Of a DNA stretch of 64,000 nt, positions 27,169-36,245 are shown piece after piece. The notes beneath the pieces are model-generated. The model was not told where the DNA came from, searched no databases, and saw only the letters and a list, made by a program, of their open reading frames with translations. Numbering within the stretch: the stretch's first letter is position 1; every line of letters begins with the position of its first letter. Made by a program: the position numbers and the translations under genes. The DNA is from Acidobacteriota bacterium (GTDB lineage: Bacteria; Acidobacteriota; Polarisedimenticolia; Gp22-AA2): the NCBI GenBank assembly GCA_018606725.1, contig JAGYID010000014.1, forward strand, positions 1,895 through 65,894, given 5' to 3'.

Positions 27169-28989
27169 TCATCGGGCGGGGGGATGAGCGGCTTCCTTCG
27201 CGCCCGAGGCCGGCCCCCCTGAAACCCGGGATGCCACGCGATCGAGCGCGGTTCGTTGCGGCCCGTCGAACTCGTACACGTCCGGAGCGAAGCGCAATGC
27301 GCCGGCGTCGTCGACCCAGGCCGTCAAATAGAGGATGTGAATCGGCACCGGCGGCTTGACGGACAGGTGGCGCTCCTTCGGCTGGTCCAGGGCCTCGCGG
27401 AGGAGGTCCTGCGACGATTCGCCCAGGAGCCGCGCCGCCAGATCGAGCGGTCTCTCCACCCGGATGCAGCCATGGCTGAGATCCCGGTCCGATTGGCCGA
27501 ACAGACCACGCGTGGGCGTGTCGTGCAGATAGATGCGGAACTCGTTGGTGAGCTGGAACTTCAGGCGTCCGAGCGCGTTGTTCGGCCCGGGGTCCTGGCG
27601 CAGGCGATAAGGGAAGCGTCCCCCCTCCAGCGCGCGCCAGTCCACGGTCGCAGGGTCCACTTCGCGAGGGTCCTCCTCCGGACCCTCGAGCAGGCGAAGG
27701 CCGCGTCGCGCGAACGCCCTCGGGTCGTCCCGCATCTCGGGCAGGTATTCTCCGAGGGCGATGCTCTTCGGGACGTTCCACGGCGGGTTGACCACGACGG
27801 CCACGATCCGATCGCTGAACACCGGCGTGGGCGAGAAGGCCTTCCCGACGACGATACGCGTGCGCCACACGGAGGCTCCGCCGCGCACCAGCTTGAGGTC
27901 GAACGCCGGGATGTTGACGAACACATGCAGAGCGCCGAGCCGGCGCGGGATCCACCGCCAGCGCTCGAGGTTCAGCTCGACTTGCTGGCTCCACCAGTCG
28001 ACGGGCACATTCAGCTCGTCCAAGGTGCGCCCGCCCACCTTCCCGTCCGGCTCGATCGCGTGCCGCTCCTGGAAGCGGCGGACCGATTCGGCCAGCGCCT
28101 CGTCGAATTGATCGCCGGCGCCCGCCGTCGCGCTGTTGGCGGACTCCACCGTCCCGGCGGATTCAGCGAGGCGCTTCCGTAGGATCAATACCCTCGGTCC
28201 GCGTGAACCCGGTCCGAGCTCGGGGCCATCGGGGATCGCCGGCCACCCGCCCGCCGCCTCGACCTGGCGCAATCCTCTCAACGCCTCGCGCAGGCGCGCA
28301 TAGCCCGCGTGTGGCGGCGGCAGGGCTTCGAGAAGCTCCGCAAGAGTACCGTCCTTGCGGGCCTGGTCCAGCTTCGTCAGCGGGTCGAGCTCGGGGGGAT
28401 TCGTGTGCCAGTCGTTCCGGATCTCATCGGGGTGCACGCGGCCGGTCGACAGGTCGGCCGCGTACCGGAAGAAGGCGGCGGTCATGAGCAGATCGAAATC
28501 GGCCAGACGCGCGACCGCGGCGTCATCGAACGGGGGCTTGCCGATCTGCGTCCCCAGGAGATCGAGCCGGCTCAGAGCGTAGTCTTCCGGGTCCAATCCG
28601 TGTTCGCCCGCCCGTCGCAGCGCGTCGAGAAGAGTCTTCGTCGAAGGGAGGAGCCCGCCGGAGTCGTCGCACCACGCCAGCCGTTGCCCGTTATTGGCGT
28701 AGAACTCCCTCAGGGTGTCGCGCGTCGGGAAGACCGGGTTGGACCGGTTTACCCCGCCCTCCGCCGGCACGGGGGCCGACCTCAGCTGCCGTGCCAGCGC
28801 CTGCTGTACCTCGTCGCGCGACAGGTCCGGCCGTCCGCCGTCTCCAAAGGACTTCAGCCGCGCCTCGAGACGCCCGGGGATCGTGTCGCGCGGACCGCAG
28901 GCCGCGACCAGGACGACCAAGAGTACGGGCCATGCGCGCCCGAGGACGCTTCGCATCGCGACCCCTTCGCGGAAGCGGGTGAGGAGCAT
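27169..28989 (-). CDS. YcbB/LdtD-like L,D-transpeptidase with a peptidoglycan-binding domain.
   Basis: Lipoprotein-like N-terminus (LVAAC), PG-binding-like middle region, YkuD domain with SHGCIRV catalytic motif. Confidence 0.75.
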   Translation of the reverse strand: MLLTRFREGVAMRSVLGRAWPVLLVVLVAACGPRDTIPGRLEARLKSFGDGGRPDLSRDEVQQALARQLRSAPVPAEGGVNRSNPVFPTRDTLREFYANNGQRLAWCDDSGGLLPSTKTLLDALRRAGEHGLDPEDYALSRLDLLGTQIGKPPFDDAAVARLADFDLLMTAAFFRYAADLSTGRVHPDEIRNDWHTNPPELDPLTKLDQARKDGTLAELLEALPPPHAGYARLREALRGLRQVEAAGGWPAIPDGPELGPGSRGPRVLILRKRLAESAGTVESANSATAGAGDQFDEALAESVRRFQERHAIEPDGKVGGRTLDELNVPVDWWSQQVELNLERWRWIPRRLGALHVFVNIPAFDLKLVRGGASVWRTRIVVGKAFSPTPVFSDRIVAVVVNPPWNVPKSIALGEYLPEMRDDPRAFARRGLRLLEGPEEDPREVDPATVDWRALEGGRFPYRLRQDPGPNNALGRLKFQLTNEFRIYLHDTPTRGLFGQSDRDLSHGCIRVERPLDLAARLLGESSQDLLREALDQPKERHLSVKPPVPIHILYLTAWVDDAGALRFAPDVYEFDGPQRTALDRVASRVSGGPASGAKEAAHPPAR

Positions 28990-29233
28990 TCGAGATCTGT
29001 ATTTTACTCGACCCGAAGGACGTTCGCAGGCGGGGCGCCGGGTCGCGGCAGCACCGCATCATGCGGCTCTCGGTTTCTGTCCGTGTCTTCCTGACAACGA
29101 ATTCAGAGAACTTCCGATTGTGCGGTTCGCAGGGTTCAGATGAATATTGCATTCGATTACGAGCAAGGTTGTCGTCGCACGGATCCATCGCAGGGTTGGT
29201 GCGGTCGGCTGGCCAGAGAGAGGAAGTGAGCAC

Positions 29234-29317
29234 ATGAGCCTGATGACCATTTTGATAATCGTCTTGGTGGTTCTGTTCCTGGGAGGCGGTGGATTCTACT
29301 GGCGGGGGCGGGGCTAG
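29234..29317 (+). CDS. DUF3309-like tiny membrane protein (27 aa), absent from the ORF track because it is under 60 aa.
   Basis: MSLMTILIIVLVVLFLGGGGFYWRGRG: a single TM followed by a GGGG-aromatic-RGRG tail, as in the DUF3309 family. GAGAGGAAG RBS 6 nt upstream. Confidence 0.5.
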   Translation: MSLMTILIIVLVVLFLGGGGFYWRGRG

Positions 29318-29704
29318 GCGCCCGGCCAAATACTCGGACCGGCTCTTGGCCGGAGAGCGAGTCCACGGCGCGGTCGACTTGGAGGGCACCATTCATGAGA
29401 AGAGCATCGACGGCAAGTTGATCAGCGGGTCGTTACAAGGCTTCTTCGAATACCGCTCCGCTTGAGGTTCCCCCCTCCACACTCAGTTCCCGCCCAAGGG
29501 GCCCGCGCCGAAAATCGGCGCGGCGCCCCCACGTTCGGGCTCGAGTCGTCCGGTCCTAACGATACCGATCGAACCGGGGCGACCTGGCCGATCCGCTCCG
29601 AAACCTCATCGACGGTTCGCAACGGCAGGATGCCCAGGACCCGGTGCCCGCCGACGGTTTTCAGCGTCGCCGACGCCAGGCATCCGCATTGCGAGCCCTC
29701 GACG

Positions 29705-30652
29705 CTACCTGGCGAGCTCGAACGACAGGGAGGAGACCCAGCCCTTTGCGCCCAGCTCGTCGGTGACCTCCCAGAGTACGTCGCGCTTTTCGCCGGTCGG
29801 ATAGAGCATGGTGCCGGGCTCGAGCGGTTTCACGACCTGGCCGTTGGTGTCCGGGGTCGCGTACATGCGGCCGGGCCTGTTCATGGTGACAGCCTGCTGG
29901 GCGTTGTCGGCGGAGGCGTTCTCCGGCAGGGCGCCCAGCTGATCCACCAGGTCGGTGTAGGCCTGGAGATACGCCAGGGTGATGACCTGACCGATCTCGG
30001 TATTGGAGTAGCCGGTGGCGCCGGCGCCGCCGAAATCGTTGGTGGAAAAGACGGTGCCGTGCAAGCCCAACCCGAGATCGGTCTTCTTGGCATGGCCTTC
30101 GACCGCGGCCACCTGTTCCGAGGAGCGCACGTCGGTGACGGTCAGCACCACGTCCGCCGTCTTCTTCTTCACGTTGATGCCGCCAGCCACGACCCCCGCG
30201 GTGTGGCTATGGAGCAGGCCGCCGACCAGGCCCCCGACGCCTCCGCCGCCGGCCCTGTTGTTGGAGGAGATCAGATCGGGCACCAGCACATAGTCCGCCG
30301 CCTTGATCTGCCCACGGCCGATGTTCGAGCCGCCGCGCAGATCGCCGCTGGCCGCGAGGGCCCTCTCGGACTGCGCGGCCTGCATCCCCTTGCCGCGATC
30401 GACCAGGGTGAAGCAGTTCGACTTGCGCACGAAGACCTTGATCAGCGCTTCAGGCGACCCGAGGCCCTGCTCGCGCCACCAGTCGGATTCCGGTTCCACG
30501 ACGCTCATGGAGCCGAGCCGCTTCTGGCACACCGGAATCTGGGCGGATTTCTCGTCGCGTATGGCCTGGACCGACTTGGCGAACGCCGGTATCGCCGCCA
30601 CGCCGACCAGGGCCGCCACGACCGAAGTCGCCATCAGTCTCTTCAATGTCAT
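29705..30652 (-). CDS. CsgG/HfaB-family outer-membrane lipoprotein (curli-type secretion channel family).
   Basis: Signal peptide and Cys (IPVCQ), with CsgG-like core (FTLVDRG..., YVLVPDLIS...). Confidence 0.6.
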   Translation of the reverse strand: MTLKRLMATSVVAALVGVAAIPAFAKSVQAIRDEKSAQIPVCQKRLGSMSVVEPESDWWREQGLGSPEALIKVFVRKSNCFTLVDRGKGMQAAQSERALAASGDLRGGSNIGRGQIKAADYVLVPDLISSNNRAGGGGVGGLVGGLLHSHTAGVVAGGINVKKKTADVVLTVTDVRSSEQVAAVEGHAKKTDLGLGLHGTVFSTNDFGGAGATGYSNTEIGQVITLAYLQAYTDLVDQLGALPENASADNAQQAVTMNRPGRMYATPDTNGQVVKPLEPGTMLYPTGEKRDVLWEVTDELGAKGWVSSLSFELAR

Positions 30653-30661
30653 ATGCCCTCC

Positions 30662-30961
30662 TTATTTTCCTTTGAGCACGAGGGACCAGGAGCCGGTCTT
30701 CCCGAAGTTGTCGGATACCAGGACCCCCTCGCCGCCAGCGACGTAGACGTACTTGCCGTCGGCGCTGCAGGCGACCGCAGCGTCGCCGTCCTCGGACGCC
30801 CATCGCAGCTTTTCCTTGAAGTCGGTCTGCGCTTTCTGGGCGTACAGGCCGGTGCCGAGCAGCGCCTGCGCGCCCAGGATGACGGCCGCCGCGGCGGCGA
30901 CGGCAAAGAACCAGCGATGGATGGACCAGCGCCCGACCTGTCCGCCTGTCTTCTCCTGCAT
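30662..30961 (-). CDS. Hypothetical small membrane-anchored protein.
   Basis: Immediately downstream of the CsgG-family gene (9-nt gap). One TM (WFFAVAAAAAVILGAQALL) and a soluble tail. The start is uncertain. Confidence 0.35.
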   Translation of the reverse strand: MQEKTGGQVGRWSIHRWFFAVAAAAAVILGAQALLGTGLYAQKAQTDFKEKLRWASEDGDAAVACSADGKYVYVAGGEGVLVSDNFGKTGSWSLVLKGK

Positions 30962-31233
30962 CGTGCCCTCCCTCGAAAGGCTCAACTCGACACACACCCT
31001 GCCGGCCGCGCCGTGCGGCCTTCCTCAACATAGGTTCAGGGAGAGGCTCAGTCCAGAGATGTGACGCCGCCTCCGGCCAGGCCGACGGCGGTCCGTGCGT
31101 CGTCACCCGGGTCGGGGGGGGCCGGGGGGAATTGCTGCCGACCCGCATGCGGCTGGCGTCCCCAGGTGTCAAGCGGGATCTGTTCGTGATAGAAGGAGCG
31201 CGCGGCCGGTGCACTCGTCGGGAGGGAATCCGC

Positions 31234-31749
31234 ATGCGTCGACTGTCCCTGATTCTCGCGGCCGCCACCCTCGCCACCTGTCCCCTGCGCCCGATCGCCG
31301 CGGGCTCCACCGCCGATCGCTGCGCCGGGGCGCCTCACCGGCAGTTCGACTTCTGGCTGGGGGCGTGGGACGTCCGCACGCCGGACGGGAAGACCGCCGG
31401 CACCAACCGGATCGAGAAGGTCTCCGGCGGGTGCGCCCTGATCGAGAACTGGAGCGGCGCGAGCGGCAGCCGCGGCACGTCGCTCAACTTCTACGACGAG
31501 GCGTCGGGATTGTGGAACCAGGTGTGGGTGGACAATGAAGGGGAGATCCTGCGGCTGAGCGGGACCCTCGATGCGGGCAGCATGGTCCTCGAGGGAGCCG
31601 CCGCCGGCGACCGGACCACGCGGCACCGCATCACCTGGAGACCTCTCCAAGGCGGCCGGGTTCGCCAGCATTGGGAGTCATCGCCCGACGGCGGCAAGAC
31701 CTGGTCGACGCTGTTCGACGGCACCTACACGCGGCGCGGCAGTCCCTGA
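31234..31749 (+). CDS. Hypothetical secreted protein (DUF1579/lipocalin-like beta-barrel size).
   Basis: Signal peptide MRRLSLILAAATLATCPL, then a W-rich soluble domain (FDFWLGAWDVRTPDG...). No confident family assignment. Confidence 0.4.
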   Translation: MRRLSLILAAATLATCPLRPIAAGSTADRCAGAPHRQFDFWLGAWDVRTPDGKTAGTNRIEKVSGGCALIENWSGASGSRGTSLNFYDEASGLWNQVWVDNEGEILRLSGTLDAGSMVLEGAAAGDRTTRHRITWRPLQGGRVRQHWESSPDGGKTWSTLFDGTYTRRGSP

Positions 31750-31821
31750 TCAGAAAGGCCGCACCGGTTTCGATCGGGCCGCTCGCCGGCTGCCTCACCC
31801 TCGTGGCCGGGAGCGGAACCT

Positions 31822-32082
31822 TCAGCGGCAGCGGCCGCTGTCGCAGGTCCCGTTGGCGAGAGTGCAGCCGAAGGCGCCGGTGACGTGACCGCAGCGCGTC
31901 GGGCTGATGCATCCCTTGTTCGGGCACTGCGGGCCGGCGATGGCGGCGACGCCGGCCAGGTCGGCGAGCGCGGAGACGTACGGGCCCGGGTGACCGCCCG
32001 CCGGGACGACGACAGCCGGTATCATCGCGAGCACAACGACGAAGGCGAGAGCGGCGACGGCTCGACCGGCGAATCTGCGCAT
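31822..32082 (-). CDS. Secreted 6-Cys peptide, paralogue 1 of 3 (86-aa precursor).
   Basis: GGAGGA RBS. Sec signal peptide, conserved PYVSALADLA segment, C-terminal CPNKGC...C...C...C...C (6 Cys). Confidence 0.6.
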   Translation of the reverse strand: MRRFAGRAVAALAFVVVLAMIPAVVVPAGGHPGPYVSALADLAGVAAIAGPQCPNKGCISPTRCGHVTGAFGCTLANGTCDSGRCR

Positions 32083-32262
32083 GCTGTCCTCCTCGATGAA
32101 GAGCGCGACGTCTGCCGCGCTTCGACTCGCGCATCATACTCCCGGCGTCGGTGTTCGCGCGCGATCGTCCTTGACTCCATCCCGCGGGCGGATGTAGTTT
32201 CGCGACCACCACGATGCAGGAGCCCGGCGACGCCCGCCGGCCACCCTCACAAGGAGCATGCG

Positions 32263-32532
32263 ATGCCTTCGATGAAGAAACTCGTCCTGCCGCTGCTGAC
32301 CATGGCGACGATCGTGATGCTGGCGTCGGCCCTGTCCGGCCCTTCGGCCGGGACTGACAGTCCGTATCTTTCCGCCTTGTCGGATTTGGCGGCCTCGCCG
32401 GTCCTGGCCGCCGGCGGTTGCGGCAACCGCGCCTGCGACTTCACGCAGTTCCGGACCTGCTACACCAACTCCGGGACCCGCTGCGACAGGAACGTGCGCA
32501 CCGCGGCGGGGTGCGCGACCATCCCCTGCTGA
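32263..32532 (+). CDS. Secreted 6-Cys peptide, paralogue 2 of 3 (89-aa precursor).
   Basis: AAGGAG RBS. Signal peptide, SPYLSALSDLA segment, C-terminal CGNRAC...C...C...C...C. Divergent from paralogue 1. Confidence 0.6.
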   Translation: MPSMKKLVLPLLTMATIVMLASALSGPSAGTDSPYLSALSDLAASPVLAAGGCGNRACDFTQFRTCYTNSGTRCDRNVRTAAGCATIPC

Positions 32533-32619
32533 AGGGCCCCCCGGGGGCCACGCGGCTCGACCGGCTGCGGCGACCTGTAGTAAGATCGCGTCTCAATTAC
32601 AAATCGCAGGAGGTGCACC

Positions 32620-33279
32620 ATGGCACTGCGTATTGGAGACGAGGCCCCCGAGTTCACGGCCCAAACCACCCAGGGAACCATCAACTTCCACCAGTGGATC
32701 GGCGACGGATACGCCATCCTGTTCTCGCATCCGAAGGACTTCACGCCGGTCTGCACGACCGAGCTCGGTTACATGGCCGGCCTGAAGCCGGAGTTCGACA
32801 AGCGCAACTGCAAGATCATCGGGCTGAGCATCGACTCGGTCGAGGACCACACGCGCTGGTCCCGGGACATCGAGGAGAGCCAGGGGCACGCCGTCAACTA
32901 TCCGATGATCGGCGACTCGGATCTCAAGGTCGCCAAGCTCTACGACATGATCCACCCGAACGCCACCGGCGAGGCCAAGGGACGCACCGCCCAGGACAAC
33001 GCCACCATCCGCTCGGTGTTCATCGTCGGCCCCGACAAGAAGATCAAGGCGACGCTGACCTATCCGATGAGCACCGGCCGGAACTTCGACGAGGTCCTGC
33101 GTCTGCTCGACTCGATTCAGCTGACCGCCAAACACAAGGTCGCCACCCCGGTCAACTGGAAGCAGGGGCAGGACGTGATCATCGTGCCCGCGGTCAGCGA
33201 CGAAGAAGCCCGGCAAAAGTTCCCGGGCGGATGGAAGGCGCCGAAGCCGTACATCCGCACGGTGCCGCAGCCGAGGTAG
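32620..33279 (+). CDS. 1-Cys peroxiredoxin (Prx6 subfamily).
   Basis: FTPVCTTE peroxidatic-Cys motif and Prx6-type C-terminal extension. Confidence 0.85.
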   Translation: MALRIGDEAPEFTAQTTQGTINFHQWIGDGYAILFSHPKDFTPVCTTELGYMAGLKPEFDKRNCKIIGLSIDSVEDHTRWSRDIEESQGHAVNYPMIGDSDLKVAKLYDMIHPNATGEAKGRTAQDNATIRSVFIVGPDKKIKATLTYPMSTGRNFDEVLRLLDSIQLTAKHKVATPVNWKQGQDVIIVPAVSDEEARQKFPGGWKAPKPYIRTVPQPR

Positions 33280-33286
33280 GGCGGGC

Positions 33287-34633
33287 TTGAGCGAGCACGC
33301 GCTGCGGGTGTACGAGTCGATCCTCGGGTTGCTCTCGAGCGAGGACAACCCGACGCCTCTCGTGCGCCTGACCAAGACCGTCCCCTTCAAGCACACCCGT
33401 GCCTACGCGAAGCTCGAGTGGTACAACCCGTTCGGGGCGGTGAAGGACCGCATCGCCGCCAATCTCCTCGCCGACGCCGAAAAACGCGGCCTCATCGCCC
33501 CCGGCGCGAAGAAGCTGGTCGAGCCGACCTCCGGCAATACCGGCCTCGGCCTGACGATGATGGGCAACGCCAGGGGCTACTCGGTGCGCACGCCCCTGTC
33601 GAACAAGATCCCCCTCGAGAAGCGCGCCGTGCTCCGTTTCTTCGGGGCGGACGTGATGGAGCTGAACGACGAGCTGTGCCCGGCGCCGGGGGCGCCCGAG
33701 GGGGCGATCGCGGTGGCCCGTCAGACGGCGCGGATGCCGGACTTCCACATGCTCGACCAGTATCGCAACGAGGCCAATCCGGAGAGCCACTACAAGACCA
33801 CCGGTCCCGAGATCTGGCGGCAGACCGGCGGGAAGGTCACCCACTTCGCCGCCGGTCTCGGCACCTGCGGCACGGTCACCGGCACCGGCCGGTACCTGAA
33901 GGAAAAGAACCGGGCGGTGAAGGTGATCGGCGTCCATCCGGGCGAGGGGCACGACATCCCCGGCGTCCGCAGCCTCGTGCAGCTGAAGCAGACCGAGCTG
34001 TTCCGTCCGAACGAGTACGACGGCGTGGTCGAGGTCGCGAACGACGAGGCGTATGCGCTCTGTCTGCGGCTGGTACGCGAGGAGTGCATCATCGCGGGGC
34101 CGAGCTCGGCGATGGCACTGTCCGGGGCACTCAAGGCGGTGCCCGACGAGCCGGGCAACCTGCTCGTGGTGATCTTCCCCGACAACATCTTCAAGTACGC
34201 CTCGTCGGTGATGCGGCACTTCCCCGACCTGTTCCCGGCCGCGGCGGCGCCCCCGCCGGCCGGATCGGAGCTCAACGCGAGGCTGTACGACGAGATGGTC
34301 AAGCACGCCAAGACGTCGCGCGACGCCGTGGCGATCGACGAGGCCAGGGCGATGATCGACGGTCAGGGCGCTTTGGTGATTGACGTCAGGTCGAACGAGC
34401 GATACGACGCCGCGCACGTTCCCGGCGCCGTCAACATCCCGCTCTCCACGCTCGGCGAGTCGGCCGCGCGGCTGCCCGGCGACAAGGATCGGGCGATCCT
34501 CTGTGTCTGCGACCGCGGCAACATCTCGGCGAACGGGATGCTCTACCTCAAGGCGCTGGGCTACTCCCGGGTCAAGAGCCTGAGCGGCGGCACGCAGGCC
34601 TGGATCCGCGAAGGGTTGCCGACCGAGCCCTGA
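33287..34633 (+). CDS. Cysteine synthase (PLP-dependent CysK/CysM-like) fused to a C-terminal rhodanese domain.
   Basis: PLP lysine region (NPFGAVKDR), SGNTG loop, and C-terminal rhodanese with CDRG active-site loop. Confidence 0.8.
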   Translation: MSEHALRVYESILGLLSSEDNPTPLVRLTKTVPFKHTRAYAKLEWYNPFGAVKDRIAANLLADAEKRGLIAPGAKKLVEPTSGNTGLGLTMMGNARGYSVRTPLSNKIPLEKRAVLRFFGADVMELNDELCPAPGAPEGAIAVARQTARMPDFHMLDQYRNEANPESHYKTTGPEIWRQTGGKVTHFAAGLGTCGTVTGTGRYLKEKNRAVKVIGVHPGEGHDIPGVRSLVQLKQTELFRPNEYDGVVEVANDEAYALCLRLVREECIIAGPSSAMALSGALKAVPDEPGNLLVVIFPDNIFKYASSVMRHFPDLFPAAAAPPPAGSELNARLYDEMVKHAKTSRDAVAIDEARAMIDGQGALVIDVRSNERYDAAHVPGAVNIPLSTLGESAARLPGDKDRAILCVCDRGNISANGMLYLKALGYSRVKSLSGGTQAWIREGLPTEP

Positions 34634-34675
34634 CGGGCGTCGGTCAGGCAGGCGGCCGGCCCGCGCCCCGATCGT

Positions 34676-35236
34676 CTACGCGGCCGGCCACATCAGCCGG
34701 AAGGTGATCCCGGTCAGCAGGGCGTAGACACTGCCGTCGATGACGCCGCGCAGCGTGTTGCCCCACGGCTGCCCCTTCCAGATCGAGTCGAGCACCTGCG
34801 ACATGGCGTAGCCGGAGAACGCCACCGTGCCGATGACCCGCATGACCAGCATGCCGTCGGCGCCAGGCTGCAGCGTGTGGCGCGCCACATAGGCGGCGAC
34901 GAAGTTCACCAGGACGCAGAAGGCGAACCATTGCACCAGGCTCTTCCCCATCGCCGGGCAGCCCTTCGGCATGACGGTCAGAAGCGCCACCGGCCCCTTC
35001 TCGAACTTCTCCTTCATCGCCGGCTCCTTCGTCTGCTTCATGTCCATGCAGTATGGCGTGAAGTAGAGCCCCGGCGACGGGTTTGCCCTGCCGAGCGCGT
35101 CGCGCACGGCGTCCTCGTGGGGCAGGGACCTGTAGTCGGCCTTGTGGTACTTGAGCAGCATGTGCATGACCCAGCTGGCCAGGAAGACGACGACCGCCGA
35201 GACGATGACCTGCAGCCACAGGCTTCCGAACGGCAT
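34676..35236 (-). CDS. Hypothetical integral membrane protein.
   Basis: Protein-like composition with several TM helices. The overlapping 223-aa ORF 34644..35315 looks artefactual. Confidence 0.45.
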   Translation of the reverse strand: MPFGSLWLQVIVSAVVVFLASWVMHMLLKYHKADYRSLPHEDAVRDALGRANPSPGLYFTPYCMDMKQTKEPAMKEKFEKGPVALLTVMPKGCPAMGKSLVQWFAFCVLVNFVAAYVARHTLQPGADGMLVMRVIGTVAFSGYAMSQVLDSIWKGQPWGNTLRGVIDGSVYALLTGITFRLMWPAA

Positions 35237-35352
35237 CGCAGCACCTCCTTACTTTGCAGGAATGGGGCCGGCTCTCCTGGAGCGTCGCCCGGACCGGCGA
35301 CCGGATGGCGGGCATGGTAAGGCAAGACCGGCTGCGTCACAATAGACCCCGC

Positions 35353-35694
35353 ATGGCGACTCGACGCTTCGTCAATCTGTTCATCGACCCGAATCCGAAC
35401 TGTCCGGACGGATGCGACCAGCGGTTCCACGCCGTCTCGGAGCCCCGGTCGGTTCGCCTGATCCGCTACTCGAGCGGCGGCGACGACTCGGTGGAGTGCA
35501 AGGTCGCGGGCTGGGCGAGTGCCGGGGGCGGCACGCCGTGCGGCGCGCAGGCCGTGCGTGTCGAGGACTCGGGCGCGGGGGTCGTCACGCTGCTGTACGG
35601 CGGCGACTGGGGACTGCGCCTGACACCGTGCGACGGGCGGCCGCCGTTCGGGGAGCCGTATCTCCTCCTCGAAGAGGACGCCATCCTCGAGTGA
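35353..35694 (+). CDS. Hypothetical protein.
   Basis: ORF with moderately protein-like composition and no recognised domain. Could be artefactual. Confidence 0.3.
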   Translation: MATRRFVNLFIDPNPNCPDGCDQRFHAVSEPRSVRLIRYSSGGDDSVECKVAGWASAGGGTPCGAQAVRVEDSGAGVVTLLYGGDWGLRLTPCDGRPPFGEPYLLLEEDAILE

Positions 35695-35744
35695 CCCCGC
35701 TGCCCCATCCGATCTCTAATCGGGTACCAAAGGAGCATCAGTCA

Positions 35745-36239
35745 ATGGACCAAGTCAGAATCGTAAAGGCCGGCGTCGCGCGCATCGCGGATCTCGAGCC
35801 GCTCTGGAGGGCGCTGCATGCGCAGCACCTGTCGATCGACCCGCGGCCGGCGGGAATCCCGATGCGGCCGCAGGACGAGACCTGGGAGCGGCGCCGCGAT
35901 CTCTATGAAGCGTGGCTCGCCGAGAAGGATGCCCTTCTCCTGCTGGCGGAGTCGAAGGAGCGCGCGGTCGGTTACGCCTTGAGCCACATGCACGAGGCGG
36001 ACGACACCTGGGACACGCACGGCCGCTTCGGCGTGCTGGAAAGCCTCTCGGTCCTGCCGGAGATGCGCGGCCGCGGAATCGGAGGGTTGCTGATGTCGGC
36101 GCTCCGCGCCGAGCTCCGGAACCTGGGCGTGACGGCGCTGGAGATCGGCGTCGTGGCAACCAACAAAGCCGCCCGGCGATTCTACGAGCGCCAGGGGTTC
36201 CGTCCCTGGCAGGTTCACTACCTCGGCACGATCCGATAG
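35745..36239 (+). CDS. GNAT-family N-acetyltransferase.
   Basis: AAGGAG RBS. Acetyl-CoA-binding motif A (RGRGIGGLLM) and C-terminal ...FYERQGF. Confidence 0.7.
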   Translation: MDQVRIVKAGVARIADLEPLWRALHAQHLSIDPRPAGIPMRPQDETWERRRDLYEAWLAEKDALLLLAESKERAVGYALSHMHEADDTWDTHGRFGVLESLSVLPEMRGRGIGGLLMSALRAELRNLGVTALEIGVVATNKAARRFYERQGFRPWQVHYLGTIR

Positions 36240-36245
36240 CAGGCG

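Noticed and set aside
29289-29465. 59-codon GTG-initiated frame overlapping the DUF3309 gene's 3' end (...VHGAVDLEGTIHEKSIDGKLISGSLQGFFEYRSA).
   Set aside because: No RBS and no ATG, and it overlaps a better-supported tiny gene. It is kept only as a low-probability note inside the DUF3309 finding.
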